A DNA stretch of 64,000 bases from Octopus sinensis (lineage: Eukaryota). Under the pieces are notes generated by a model, which had not been told where the DNA came from, did not search any database, and saw only the letters and a program-made list of their open reading frames with translations. Location: positions 101,618,001-101,682,000 of the forward strand of contig NC_043002.1 of the NCBI RefSeq assembly GCF_006345805.1, in the 5' to 3' direction. Below, piece after piece: positions 12,345 to 25,739 of this stretch. The stretch's first letter is position 1, and each line of letters starts with the position of its first letter. The position numbers were made by a program, and so were the translations under genes.

Positions 12345-13070
12345 ATCATCATCATCATCATCGTTTAACGTCCGTTTTCCGTGCTAGCACGAGTTGGACG
12401 GTTCGACCCGGGTCTGGGAAACCAGGAGGCTGCACCAGGCTCCAGTCCGATCTGGCAGTGTTTCTATAGCTTGATGCCCTTCCTAACGCCAACCACTCCA
12501 TGAGTGTAATGAGTGCGTTTTACGTGCCACCGCCACAGGTGCCAGGGGAGGCCGACAGCGGTCACGAACGGTTGGTGCTTTTTACGTGGCACTGGAACAG
12601 AAGCCAGTCAAGGGGGTGCTGCTATCGGCCACGTTCGGATGGTGCCTTTTACGTGCCACCAGCACAGGTATCACAACTACAATTTCCATTTGATATTTAT
12701 TTTGATGTTGATGTACTTGACTCAATAAGTCTCCTCAAGCACAGCAGGTCACCCTACGATCCAAGGTAAGCACAGCAGGTCGTTCTGCAATCCAAGGTAC
12801 TTTGGATGGGCTGGGGCTATGCGAAACTGGTCCAAGAAGCAGCCATGAACTTACATTATTTGTCGGGTCTTTGCAGTCATAGCATATCTCCAGAGATCTC
12901 GGTCTTTCCCCATTGCCTCTGTGAGGCCCAACGTTCGAAGGTCATGCTTGACTACCTCATCCCATGTCTTCCTGGGTCTACCTCTCCCCCGGATACCCTC
13001 AACTGTTTGGGAGTGGCACTTCTTCACACATATCTCCTCCTCCCTCCGCAGTACATGACCATACCAGCGC
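12345..13070 (-). mobile_element. RTE-clade LINE 3' end with (GAT)n tail
   Basis: Minus strand RWYGHVLRREEEICVKKCHSQTVEGIRGRGRPRKTWDEVVKHDLRTLGLTEAMGKDRDLWR; long 3' UTR; tail at about 12345-12362. Confidence 0.85.
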
Positions 13071-13589
13071 GTGTGTATATGTGTGCGTGTATGTATTATG
13101 CATGTATGTATGTATGTATGTATGTATGTATATATATATATATGTCTGTATGTGAATATTAATGGGTGTGTGCATGTGCGGGCCTATGTGTTTGTGTGCG
13201 ATGGTGTGCACATCTGAATGTTTTCAGGTTTTTCTATGTAAATGCAACCATGTCTGTTTGTATGTATGTTTGTCAATACTTATGCCTGTGTTGGCGTGTG
13301 AATATTTGCAAATATGAATAATTATACATTTATGTATGAATATGTGTGTACGCACACACTCATGTGTGTGTCAATGTTTCAATGTGTATGTGTAAACGTA
13401 TATGTCTTTGTGTGTGTATGTGTGTGTGAGTGCGCGCGCGCATGTGTGTGTGTGTATCCATGCATATATACATTCACGTTTATGAATTTGTGTTGCAAGG
13501 TTCCTGATGCGAAACCGACCGGTGAAACTGATATTGTCGCATTTTGGGACGGTCATTTTCGTTTTGCTAAACAAACACATGCACTATGT

Positions 13590-13829
13590 ATTCATTCTTC
13601 ACTCGATTATTATCGTTCTTATTCTAAGAAATCAACCCTTGGACTTATTCTTTGGAAGCTTAGTACCTATTCTGTCGGATACTTTTGCCGAACTGATAAG
13701 TTACGGGGGCGTAAACACACCAGTATCGGTTGTCAAGTGATGTTGAAGGACAAACACACACAAACAGACAGACAGACAGATACACTACACACACACATAC
13801 ACACACACACAACACACACACACACACAC

Positions 13830-13898
<69 letters not shown>

Positions 13899-14015
13899 CG
13901 ATGGGCTTTCAGTTTCCGCCTCCCAAATCCATTGATAAGGCTTTGGTCGGCCTGAGACTATGGTGAAAGGCACTTGCTCAAGGTGCCACACGGAAGGACT
14001 GAGCCTGGAACCATA
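13590..14015 (-). mobile_element. SINE family A
   Basis: Both halves around a (CA)/(TA) core; homologous to 23451-23853. Confidence 0.8.
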
Positions 14016-14699
14016 TATATGTGTGTGTGTATATATATATATATATTATATTTATACTGTATTATATTTATACTGTAGCAATTGGAGAATCTTGGTTGAA
14101 TGCTTCGAGCTTTGTACTTATTTCGTTTAAAACCTGGTTCTTATTCTATCAATCTCTTCTGCAGAATCGCTAATTGACAGGGATGGAGATATACCAACAT
14201 CAGTTGTGAAGCAGTGAGTGTGGGGACGGCAGAGAGATAAAGAAACAAATCCTTGGACAAGAAGCTCGTACGGTTAGTGTGTCTTCATAAATGACTGCCA
14301 TGATCCCAAATGTTTACAGATTCTGCTCATTGCTATTTTGCCATTTGGTTTTCTCTCGAATCTCTTCGACAGTCCCACAATTTTTTCCATGGTCCTTCTC
14401 CTTCCCTACAAGCGAGATGGGTTGAGGGAAAACTGAATAAACTGTTGCTTAGATGTGTTTCCCTGTTCTATTTTAAGGGGATAAGAAATATTTCATTCTT
14501 TAGAAAACCCCATCGCGTACTCCTTTGGTGATTTACTACGTTAGTTGCTGTTGTGAAGAGTCGTTCTCCTTGCAGTTAGCTTGTTACTATTTTTGCCGCT
14601 GTGTCTTTTCACTTCTGTTTTAAATTTTTTGATCCACAGATTTAACACTGAGGTTTCCGTCCATGCGCAACCATCAAACTGAATTATTTTCCGGTGTCA

Positions 14700-15165
14700 A
14701 TACGGTGTGTTTGGGGATTATTTCGGGATAGCCTCGGGAATAACTTGTTTTTGGAGGTCAATGCAGAACACATCATATATTGATATATGTAAATATTGTT
14801 GTTCAAATATTCTATGGATATTTCTAAAACACTTATTATATGGACTATTTTCGTTTTCTCACTTCACATTCGACTTATCTCGATTTCCAGATCTTTATAT
14901 ATGTAAATAACTTCTCTTTTAGAGGTAATTATCGTAAGTTGTGAGTGATATTTTGATTCGAAGGTATTATTTGTCATGGCGGTCTTTCACAACAACATCT
15001 GGTTGTTTAGCCTTGATCCCTTTGTCGGTACGTATTGGAATACCTCAGAGTGCGTTTCCTTTGCTATTCCAGGAGACTTCTCACGATGGATTGTTCTGTT
15101 ATCCGTTTTGGCATAACTTCAGGTTTATGGAAGCCAAAGTCAGTCATGATCGTTGACGTATTCAC
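14700..15165 (-). mobile_element. R4/Dong-clade fragment (REL endonuclease domain), decayed
   Basis: Minus strand L*GIPIRTDKGIKAKQPDVVVKD... and ...YKDLEIEISRM* match the REL motifs LWD..I.TD....RPDIV and KY.DL..EI.RMW. Confidence 0.75.
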
Positions 15166-15240
15166 GTTTTAGTCTGAGCAGCGAGAGATTAATTGTTTCT
15201 TTCACATCTCTACAGTCAACACTTCGTGTACGCTCTATGC

Positions 15241-15241
15241 T

Positions 15242-15291
<50 letters not shown>

Positions 15292-15360
15292 TTTGTTGTT
15301 GTTGCTGCAGCTGTCGTCATCGTCATCACCGCCGCCACCACCACCACCACCACCATCACC

Positions 15361-15416
<56 letters not shown>

Positions 15417-15420
15417 TATG
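15241..15420. repeat. Compound triplet array (TAG)n-(TTG)-(GTC)-(CAC)n-(CAT)n
   Basis: Read directly from the sequence. Confidence 0.95.
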
Positions 15421-16504
15421 AACAGCAATAATTGCTTATTGTAGTTGAGAAGACAATTATTGAAGTTATGCTGAGTTAGTAGTTTGCTGGAGAAATGTTT
15501 AAAAGGCAAAAAAAAAATGAATAGAGTATTAAAAAAAATATAGAAAAGAAAGTGAATGGTAAAATACTAATGGCATTACGTCATTAAATCTTCGAATCAG
15601 GCAAATCATTCAATCTTTCTTTCAATGTGAACTCTTCGTTATTTAGAATGACATTTTATAAACGCAATTCACCAGAATGGAAAGAAATGAATGACAATTA
15701 GCTTATAGAAACGATTTATTTTCGTTTTAGTAATATAAATATTCATTTAGACACACGTACATATACACACACTTATACATCGAAACATATATAGACAAAG
15801 AGAGAGAGAGTGTGTGTGAGAGAGAATGTGTGTGTGTCGGTGGATGGAGATGCAAACAGACAGACAGACAGACAGAGACAAAGATAATTATACAAGCATT
15901 TAAGCACACAGAGGTAAAATGACTAAAGCTTTCGAAGTCGTTCGACAAAAGCTAATCTCAGAGAGAAACTGCTTTGAAATTTGTTCGTATTGTCTTTAAA
16001 AAAGGATCAAATAAGTAATGTATTCCTCGATGCATTGCGTCTGCATTATAGAGAAATAAATCACTAATATGTCAGTCGTTACGATGGTCATGTCTGGAGG
16101 TTTTTCGTTAAGTATGTCGGGAAAGACAATATATCGTGACCCAAGGAAGTAATCCAAGAATGTGCAAAAACGAAATTTGGACGACTCATATCTGAACGCG
16201 TACGATATCGACCGAACAGTACAGAAATACGCATGCGTGGTCGAATCCATGTACAAAACTAAAAGTTGTGAACAACTGGTGCGCTGTACACCTTTGTGCT
16301 GCTAAATCCGTGAAATGTTTCATGAATTATAATACGTTTTATCCTGAAATAAATCGAAATGAATTATACTACATTTATTAGGCTGAAGCAAGCACGCACA
16401 TTCACATACACATAGGCACGTACAAACACACATACAATTACGCAAAGACACACGCACACAAACACACACTCACGCACGAACACACACACACGCACGGACA
16501 CACT

Positions 16505-16680
16505 ACTTTCTTCTTCCGTCTTCATTTTATATTGGACTTTCCTATGTTTCTGAAAAAGAGCTTTGCTCGAAACGTTAACCCATCTTTCTTTACTTCCCTG
16601 AGCGTCGGATAATACTCGCGTACACGCGTTGTTGTTTATTTTTTGTTAGTTCTTCGTATTTTGGATTTACTATATATATA
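16505..16680 (+). mobile_element. Penelope-like pLTR family B copy with decayed hammerhead (16546-16580)
   Basis: GTTT-CTGAAAA-A-GAGC TTT GCTC-GAA-ACGT-T-AACC; G8 lost. Confidence 0.65.
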
Positions 16681-16704
16681 TATAATATGTGTGTTGGTGC
16701 GTAC

Positions 16705-17031
16705 ATATACTACTCTGTCGGTTATGACGACGAGAGTTCCATTTGATCTGATCAACGGAGCACCCTGCTAGTGAAATTAATGTGTAAGTGTCAGAGTATT
16801 CCACAGACACGTGGACTCTCAACGTAGTTCTCAGGGAGATTCAGCGGGACACAGAATGTGACAAGGATAGCCCTTGCAAATACAGGTACTACACATCTTT
16901 GCAAGCTTAGTGAACAAGGGCAACATGAAGTAAAGCGTCTCACTCAAGGACACAACACACCGCCGAGAATGGAACCCATGATATTACGAATGAGAGACGA
17001 ATGCCCTAAACACTAGGTCACGTGCCTTCAC
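16705..17031 (-). mobile_element. Full-length CORE-type tRNA SINE
   Basis: Minus strand begins GTGAAGGCACGTGACCTAGTGTTTAGG (A box) ... GGTTCCATTCT (B box), then a CORE-like TGTTGTGTCCTTGAGTGAGACGCTTTACTTC domain. Confidence 0.75.
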
Positions 17032-17092
17032 TTTATCTATCTATCTATCTATATATCTATCTAACTATCTATCTATCTATATCCATCTATTC

Positions 17093-17130
<38 letters not shown>

Positions 17131-17819
17131 GTATATATATATATATGTATGTATATATATATAAATATCACTATATATATATATATATCTATATATATCT
17201 CCCTATATAAATATATATGTGTGTGTGTGTTTCACTATATATATGTATATATATAAATATATATAATGTAGACAGCAGTTTGCAATGCTTCAGCAAAAAG
17301 AAAAACTATAACCATCGCTAAATGAGACTTGGGTGTTAGAAATCCCTAGATTGCTAGAAATAAGAGCTAACATGCTCTAATACAGTAGTCAAAGCACATA
17401 ATTGTAAGCATATATACTGACAGAGGCTGTAACGGTCCAAAAACACCGTTCCAGAATTCCCCATACTAACAGTTAGTTTCTGCAGTTTCCGTTGCCTCAT
17501 CAGTGGCGACTGGCTCACTTCGGCAGATTCTGCACTTAATTCTCTATTAGTTTCTATGTTTTCATCATGGAAATCATTAATGATTTAGCGAAGCGCTAAT
17601 ATCCGAACAGAAAATGAATTGTGGCAACAGTTTATTCTTCCCTTTATTCTTGTAGCGCTTTCAGCTGACGGAATATGATGAAGCTATATAAAATGAATCC
17701 CTCTTGCCAGGTATCGAAACTAGGCCTCGCAGCAGCTTTTATTTATATTGCAATACGTTTTGTAAAACCTTTCAATAAGACAATTTATATGAATGAATGA
17801 GTCCTGGTCGGAATTAAAC

Positions 17820-18030
17820 AAAACCACCACCAACAACAACAACAACACCACGACGACGACGACCACCACCACCACCATTATCATCACCTTAATCATCGTC
17901 ATCGTTATCGTCACCATCAATATTATTATTATTATTATCATCTTCATCATCATCATCACCATCATCATCATTATTGTTATTATTATTATTGTTGTTGTTG
18001 TTGTTATTATTATTATTATTATTATTAATA
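17820..18030. repeat. Compound triplet array (CAC/CAA/GAC/CAT/ATT/GTT)
   Basis: Read directly from the sequence. Confidence 0.95.
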
Positions 18031-18149
18031 TAAACGTCGCACAATATAGGGTCTGTCAAGTTACAACAAGGACCTCAGACAGACAGTACTTCACGCAATA
18101 TGCGTGCACTTCCAAGTAACGCCGACTTTTGCAATGAACCTAAACAATA

Positions 18150-20045
18150 CTTTATTTTGTACTCCCCTTTTCCGCATTTGTTCTTTTTTTAATCTTTCCC
18201 TGTGAGACATTTAACCTTCTGGTTATTACTACACCTCTTGCATAAATCAACAAGTCTCCTATATATTTAATATCTATCCCTGCTGATAACAGAATCTAAT
18301 TTCCCAGTCATTTCTAGCGGCTTCCATCTGTTGGTGCCTTTTCTTTACTCATTACTTTTGTATCGCATCTAAAATCTTCTGATCTTCCTCACTTAAATCA
18401 CTTAAGTCATTGGTGCCAGTTGTCCCTTCCTTATTGGTAGTGCTATTATTATTTTTTCCTTTAGGTTCTTTGGTTTGAGCTGTATCTCTTATGTTGTTGT
18501 TTTCTTTCCTGTTACTTGGTTTTCCTTTTCCAGTTCACTTGTGATCTCTTCTACCTCCAATACTCTCATCCACGAAGGTCCTTCTTACTTTCTATTACTT
18601 TACTAGTGTCATGTTCATACCATTTATTAGTACATTCAAATCCCAGCTTTCTACTTAACTCCCAGTGGATCACACGCCCTAGGTTGTCATGTCTTTTCTT
18701 CTATTTTTTCAGTGCCAGCATGCTACATCCACTTACTATTTGAGTAACGCTTTCATCTTTTGATTTGCATAACCTACATTGGGAATCTATTCGGTTTTTG
18801 TCTGTCTTGGCTTTTATCAAATTAGTTATTGAGGCTTGATTTTGTGCAGCTACAAATAAACTTTCTCTCTCCATGTTTAGCCTTCCTTTCTACAACCATA
18901 ACCATGTCTCTCTACTACTATTTCCAGAACTTTCTTTGGGAATCTATCATCCAACGGCACCTGCCAGTTAAATAACTTTGTTCTTTTTTCTAGTTGTTAA
19001 CTTCGATTGGCTGTTTGCTTTCCTGATGCCTTACTGTGACTCTTGCAGCTCTTAATAAACTTTCTTCACTATTACCTACATAGTAGTCTATATCTAACCT
19101 AGCTAACTCCACGCAGTCTTCTACTGAAATCTAACCCCTTCCAACTTCCTTTCTAGGTAAGTATAATCTTGCTACTCCTGCTCTTGTGTTGAATACTCTA
19201 GTCATGTTGAGTTTCTTCCTATTTCTGCTGTCTAGCTCTGCTAATTCAGTTTCTGTCCAAACTTTATAAGCTGCTGAATATCTCAGTAATGATACTGCCA
19301 AAGTATTTACAGCCTTCACTAGATTCGGACCATTTAGCTTTGAATTCATAAGCTTCATCACTTTCTGATGTACTCCTCAATCTTCATTTTAAAAAAAATT
19401 TCTATTGTTAGTACTCCGACTGATTCTAATACTCCTAGATTCTTATAACTCTCTACTCATTTCAATGATTTTACTATCTGGCTATTTGGTAATTGGATGT
19501 CTTCACTGTCGTCTAACTGTCCCCTTTTCAAGACTTATATTGCACTTTTACCCATGCTAAATTCCATGCCTCTATCTTTGCTGAAAAGTCTTACAGTCTG
19601 TATTAAAGAGTTTATCTTTTTTTCATTCTTACTAAAAAAAACTTCATCTAGAGGAAATGGTTAATTTTTCCTCACTATCCAGGAACTGACATCCTGCTTT
19701 TGCCTTTTGTAAGACCGAAGTGAAGGGGATCAAACATAAGACAAATATTAAAAGGGATAACAAGTCTTGGAAAATTCCTCTCTTGATATTAACTTTCTCT
19801 CTAAAACTGTGCCAACTGAGTAGAGATCTACTCTCCATTTCTTCATGCTAAAACTAATTAATTCTCTTATGTTGTCTGCAATACTGTTGTCTGTTAATTA
19901 ATTCACTTACGTTGTCTGCTGTACTGAATATACTCAGGCATTCATGTATCCATGAGTGTGGGATCATGTCATAAGCTTTGCTGTAACCTAACCATGCTAT
20001 CGTTAGATCTTGCTTTCTAGAGTTTACTTCATTTAGGACTGTTTT
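18150..20045 (-). mobile_element. R4/Dong-clade non-LTR retrotransposon relic (RT, thumb, Zn knuckle, then N-terminal domain)
   Basis: VNIKRGIFQD.LSLLIFVLCLIP (RT); SKLNGPNLVKAVNTLAVSLLRYSA...RLYLPRKEVGRG; AAQNQA...CRLCKSKDESVTQIVSGCSMLA...RHDNLGRVIHWEL...WYEH; many stops and frameshifts. Confidence 0.9.
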
Positions 20046-20074
20046 ATGTATAATAAATCACGCGTTCCTCTAGC

Positions 20075-20421
20075 CTTCTTCTTCTTCTTCTTCTTCTTCT
20101 TCTTCTTCTTCTTCTTCTTCTTCTTCTTCTTCTTCTACTACTACTACTACTACTACTTCCCCTTCTACACTTCTACTTCTTCTATTTCTCCTTCTTCTTT
20201 TCTTCTTCTTCTACTAATTCTTCTACTTCTTCTATTCTCCTTCTTCTTTTCTTCTTCTTCTTCTTCTTCTTCTTCTTCTTCTTCTACTACTACTACTACT
20301 ACTACTACTTCCCCTTCTACACTTCTACTTCTTCTATTTCTCCTTCTTCTTTTCTTCTTCTTCTACTATTTTTTCTACTTCTTCTACTATTCTTCTTCTT
20401 CTTCTTCTTCTTCTTCTTCTT

Positions 20422-20452
<31 letters not shown>

Positions 20453-20633
20453 CCCTTCTACTTCTTCTACTTCTTCTATTTCTCCTTCTTCTTTTCTTCT
20501 TCTTCTACTATATCTTCTACTTCTTCTATTCTCCTTCTTCTTTTCTTCTTCTTCTTCTACTATTTCTTCTACTTCTTCTTTTCTTCTTCTTCTACTATTT
20601 CTTATACTTCTTCTTTTTCTTCCTCTTCTACTG

Positions 20634-20680
<47 letters not shown>

Positions 20681-20700
20681 TCTTCTTATAATTATTCTTA
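20075..20700. repeat. (TTC)n/(TAC)n array with a higher-order unit of about 140-150 bp
   Basis: Unit starting TTCCCCTTCTAC recurs at about 20158, 20309 and 20450. Confidence 0.9.
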
Positions 20701-20759
20701 TTCTTCTCCTTCTCATTTTCCTCCTCTTCCTTCTTCCTTTCTTTCTTTTTTTATCATTT

Positions 20760-20845
20760 CCTTATATGTAACCCCCGTACTTTATGTCTCTGTTTGTATT
20801 GTCCCCCTCATCCTTCACCCTTGTGGCAAATAAATGAAATCATTC
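20760..20845 (+). mobile_element. Isolated retroposon 3' tail (...CACCCTTGTGGCAAATAAATGAAAT)
   Basis: Resembles the CCCCTTGTGGG-AATAAAGAAAT tail of SINE family B and of the element at 24729. Confidence 0.5.
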
Positions 20846-23450
20846 TCATTATTATTATTGTTGTTTCTAATACTAGTAATCGTATTGTAGAATTAATAGT
20901 AGTAGTGGTGGTGATGGTAGATGCATTCGATAAGAAAAATGAAGTGAATATCAATATATAAGGGTGGATGGCACTAAATGGATTGTGTGTTTATTTCCTT
21001 CTGTCCTTTATGGTAATTCCAATCAACACTGAGAGATCAATATTGTCATTTCAATCATATGAGTGGTTGTGGAGTTCGATAAAATACGCAAATGTCACGT
21101 GCTGGGTCAATTAAATGGACCCGAAGCGTTCGTTTCCCAACAAAGTAAACCCGGTGCCGGGGAAGGAAAACGTTTTAAATATGACAGGTGAAGAAGATGA
21201 AAAGAAATCATTTGTGATGTGTTCAGTGTTATCCTATTCAGAGGTAACTAATTCCTAAGGTTTCTTCTCTTCATTTCTTTTCTAAATATTATATCAAATT
21301 TCTGTTTAGTTTTTGGAATTGACATATGTAAATATTTATCATAAATACTTAACCAAATCTTCGCTATTTATTATTCGTGAAACACCACCCGAATATATTG
21401 TTATCATTTTTCTTTCTTTCTCGTAACAAAGACGTTCATTTTTGCGCTCAGCAAAAATATTTTTTGCATGAATTGAAATTTATTTATTCTTGCTTCAGCC
21501 TCATTATAAATTCATTCCTGCCTTTCAGAATTATGTGGCTTGAATTCAAAGACAAAAATCTTCGGAATTATATTTGATTCTGAAAATACAAAATTAACGA
21601 TATACCCTTGCGGTTTTTGCAGATAAAACTGTATAAGGCTGCATTTGTTTTAATTTAAGCTTAAAAGGAAGGAAAAACAACAACAACAAAGACACATCCA
21701 CCAAGTGATTGGCTAATCTTTAATTTCCTGTTGGCTTTTCTCGCTTGCTTCCTCGCTCATTACTGATTCTTCTATTTGAAAATTGATTTCACAACTTTTA
21801 CTCTATGACCTTCATTCGTGTTTGGAAATCATTTTGTTTTAAGTATTTCTTTCTTTCTTTTTTTTATAGGTAGAATGAATAACACAAGTTTATAAAAAAT
21901 AAAAATATGAACAAAAACACAAAGTTGCACAAAAATAACAAAATTAATCGACAAAAAATATATAAATAAAAAAAAACAAGGAACAAACACACGATAAACA
22001 AGAGATGGCAAAGAAGAAAAACAACAGTAAGAAGAAGATTTCGTATTGTCTCTCATCGATCATTTTCAGAAGTTAGCCTGACAAACCGATTCAAAGGAAG
22101 ACATCATCACGAAAAGAGAAAAGACAAGAAACAAACACAAAAGCCAAACCAAAAAAGAAAAGATGAAAATCAACGAAGATTAATATTTTCTCCACCTTAT
22201 TAAGAATATAAGACAAACAAGCTATAAAAAAGGCTAAAACCGCAAGCCAACAATAATGACAACAACAACGATTGTAGCAATAACAACTGCAACGACCACA
22301 GCCTCAGTAGTAACACAACAACAACAACAACAACAATAGCAATTAGACTTGCAACTAAACAAGAAGGAAAACAACAACTGCAACAACAACGACACCAAAA
22401 ATAATAACAACTAGATTAAGAAAAAGTAAAAATCTAAGCGTGGCGTCAATAGAATTCAAAGAATTAATTATTTCAATAAATTTTCTATTTAATTATAATG
22501 AAATCTTATAAGATGGAGTTAAACCAAAAAAGAAAAAAAGGACATTGCAAAAAGTGAAAAAATAATTGCGAAAAAAGCACCCTGAAAAAACAAATCCGAA
22601 ATAGATTCACACGAGAAATAAGACTGCACGAGATGTTAAGGAGTTTTTCTTCTTTAGTTAATAATTCATACTTCCCGATACAATGATAATAATTTCGGGA
22701 AATAGTCGATCCTATTCCACTTTCGTTTTCACGCATGAATAAATATTTCCATCATGATAGATGACAACGTTGCTGAAATGACGAGTTGACTGTTGAGCGA
22801 AAGTTCTCACAACTTTTCTGTTAGACACACATATCTGGACAGCCATATGCAGACACATGGACACGTATTGATATACAGAGACATGTACACACACGAAAAA
22901 CACGCATATGCAAATGCACAAATACGCATGCAAACACATATAAGTATATACATGTATGCATATTACGATGTCACAGATATAGCATCGTACAATCATGTAT
23001 GTGTCGATTAATTGTATGTGTGTGTATGTGATTCTATGCTTCTATACATACATAACAACGTATATATATATATTACTTAAAGTGTAACACATACGAATAA
23101 ATTTATATTTTTGCACATATATGAGGTATAAATGTAATCATTAAGTACACGATTATATACGTGTGTATATTTGTGCATGTATATATAAACGCACGTACAC
23201 ACTCCACTTATTACACACACGCGTATATGAAATGGAAAGAAAGGAATTTCACGATTCGAGTTATATACTTTACCAACGAGAACATAGAAATGATGGGTTC
23301 GGTTCGAGAAGATGAACAGAAAATGACACTGTGTTTAAGACGTTTCTTTATATAACTTAGTGTATATACACACACATACACACACATATATATATATATA
23401 CATTTTTATGCATGCATGTATGTAAGTATATATATATATATATATGTATA

Positions 23451-23853
23451 TCTTTACTCTTTTACTTGTTTCAGTCATTTGACTGCGGCCATGCTGGAGC
23501 ACCGCCTTTGGTCGAGCAAATCGACCCCGGGACTTATTCTTTGTAAGCCCAGTACTTATTCTATCGGTCCCTTTTGCCGAACCACTAAGTAACGGGGACG
23601 TAAACACACCAGCATCGGTTGTCAAGCAATGCTAGGGGGACAAACACAGACACACAAACACACACATACATATACATATATATATACATATATACGACAG
23701 GCTTCTTTCAGTTTCCGTCTACCAAATCCACTCACAAGGCTTTGGTCGGCCCGAGGCTATAGTAGAAGACACTTGCCCAAGATGCCACGCAGTGGGACCG
23801 AACCCGGAACCATGCGGTTAGTAAACAAGCTACTTACCACACAGCCACTCCTG
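23451..23853 (-). mobile_element. SINE family A, young full-length copy
   Basis: Nearly identical to 27564-28068 and 47146-47550; tail of short A-rich repeats (AAAGAGT-like). Confidence 0.9.
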
Positions 23854-23901
23854 ATATATATATATTATATTATATATAATATATATATATATATATATTA
23901 T

Positions 23902-23985
<84 letters not shown>

Positions 23986-24344
23986 TATATATATATTATA
24001 TATATATATATATATAAGAATTAGATGGAATGAGTAAAATATTCTATTAGGTACGACACATGTTTCGACTCGGGTCTTTTCAGGTACATCAATAAAAAAA
24101 ATGTCTTACTAGAGATTTTCTGATTCAACTTCGAGAATGAATAAAAAGGAGAAAAAGATTGAAACGCGAAAAATTCAAATATGAACGTGAAAAGTTTACA
24201 TTCTAGCTTAGAGAAAATGACGCAATGAGGTCATCGCTGTTTTAACTGTCAAGAGAAAGAAAGGTGAAAGGAAGATAATACTTAGACAAAAACTATTGTA
24301 TTCGTGCTTAGACGTATATATACATGCACAAATATATAATACAT

Positions 24345-24422
<78 letters not shown>

Positions 24423-24728
24423 GGGTTTGTATGATTGTGTATAGAGGGATATATATTATTCAAAGAAATTCCAAATCTGTCTGGTTTTTGTGTTTTATTT
24501 ATATTCTTCATAATATTAATGTAGAATATAGAATATATACTATAAATAATATATATATATATTATATATATATATTATATATATATATATAGTAACATGA
24601 AATGAAGTATTGATTGTCTTATTGAATAGATGAAATATTGAATATAAAATATTAAGGGACTGGTATACTTTCTTACATTATAGCAGTCTTCAAGGTCCCA
24701 GGTTGTGACAGGAGTGTTTTAGATGTGA

Positions 24729-25720
24729 ATTTCTTTATTATCCATAAAGGACTATACATAGATGGGACATTAAAACACATTGGGGACACAAAACATCAAA
24801 AATTGTCGAATGATGGGATGGAAAAATGGGCGATAGATGAGAGGTGAAGGTGATGTTAACTGCCCCATCAGTCAACATCACTTGCTTGTCCTTTTTCCTA
24901 TTTTACTACAAAATCCACGAAATCCCGAAATTTTAATCCGTGTATTTTCCAGAGTTCATCTTTCTTTTCCTGTACTAATCTTCCCCTAATTAATATGAAT
25001 GCATCTTCAAGTTCATTTTTAAGTTCTTTCACTTGCTCTTCCGACAATACCACTTCTATTTCTTCATCCCCTCTATTTGGTATTTCTGCCTTTTCCCAGT
25101 CCTTTAACCTTTCATGTAATTGCTCACTGTCTATTATCCCTAAACAATATTCTTCTGGACGGGGTTTTTGAGTTATCAATTGTGTGCATGTTTTAAATTT
25201 TCTTGTTGGTGGGGAGTGGGTGGGTTTGGTGTCTGCGTGGACGGGGTGGGCCACAATGGGTGAGGGTGTTGCCGTTCACAGTCACTTGCCTTTTTTTCTG
25301 CTGTTTTCTTTTTCCTGGGGTTTCCCACTCTTTTCCGTCTTCCTTCACTTGACTCTCTTTTTCCTCTGTTTCTTTCAGTTCCTCCTGGGGTGCTACCGTT
25401 TCCACTGCTGTTTCCTTGTTTATCTCTTCCACTGTCGTATTGCAGTTTGCTCTTATGTGGCTTTTCAAGCCACAATTATAACATCGAAGGGGCTCTGCCT
25501 TCCACCCATGCTCTCATTGTTATGTCGTTTGTCGTAATCGATTCTGCTAAATTCTGTAGGATTCCCATTTCTGCTTGGACGCTCATTTCCAGCGTCCCAC
25601 CTCTCCATCCTCTATCATCTTTTATAGTCGCTTGGACTATGTCAACCTTATCTTCGTTACCGCAGATAACCGCTGCTACTACCATTTCTGCATCGATAAT
25701 CTATAATCGCGTGCGAACTA
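24729..25720 (-). mobile_element. Retroposon with a gag-like ORF1 (CCHC knuckle) followed directly by a LINE/SINE-type 3' tail; no ORF2
   Basis: Frameshifted reading ...MRAWVEGR..RCYNCGLKSHIRANC (CX2CX4HX4C at 25483-25442)...acidic/basic linker...KFRDFVDFVVK* (24898); the tail ends about 170 bp later. Confidence 0.7.
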
Positions 25721-25739
25721 AAACAAAGATGTGTCTCGG

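Noticed and set aside
12518-12670. Three TTTTACGTG(C/G)CAC repeats with unique spacers, CRISPR-like at first glance; also a 31-bp tandem at 12738-12800
   Set aside because: They lie inside the 3' UTR of an RTE LINE; the repeats are degenerate, spacing is unequal and there are no cas genes.
13505-13550. CTGATGC...ACCG AC CGGT GAAAC...GTC
   Set aside because: Core altered with a 3-nt insertion and no stem I.
17465-17515. CTGATGAGGCAACGGAAACTGCAG on the minus strand
   Set aside because: No stem II pairing, no NUH site and no stem I.
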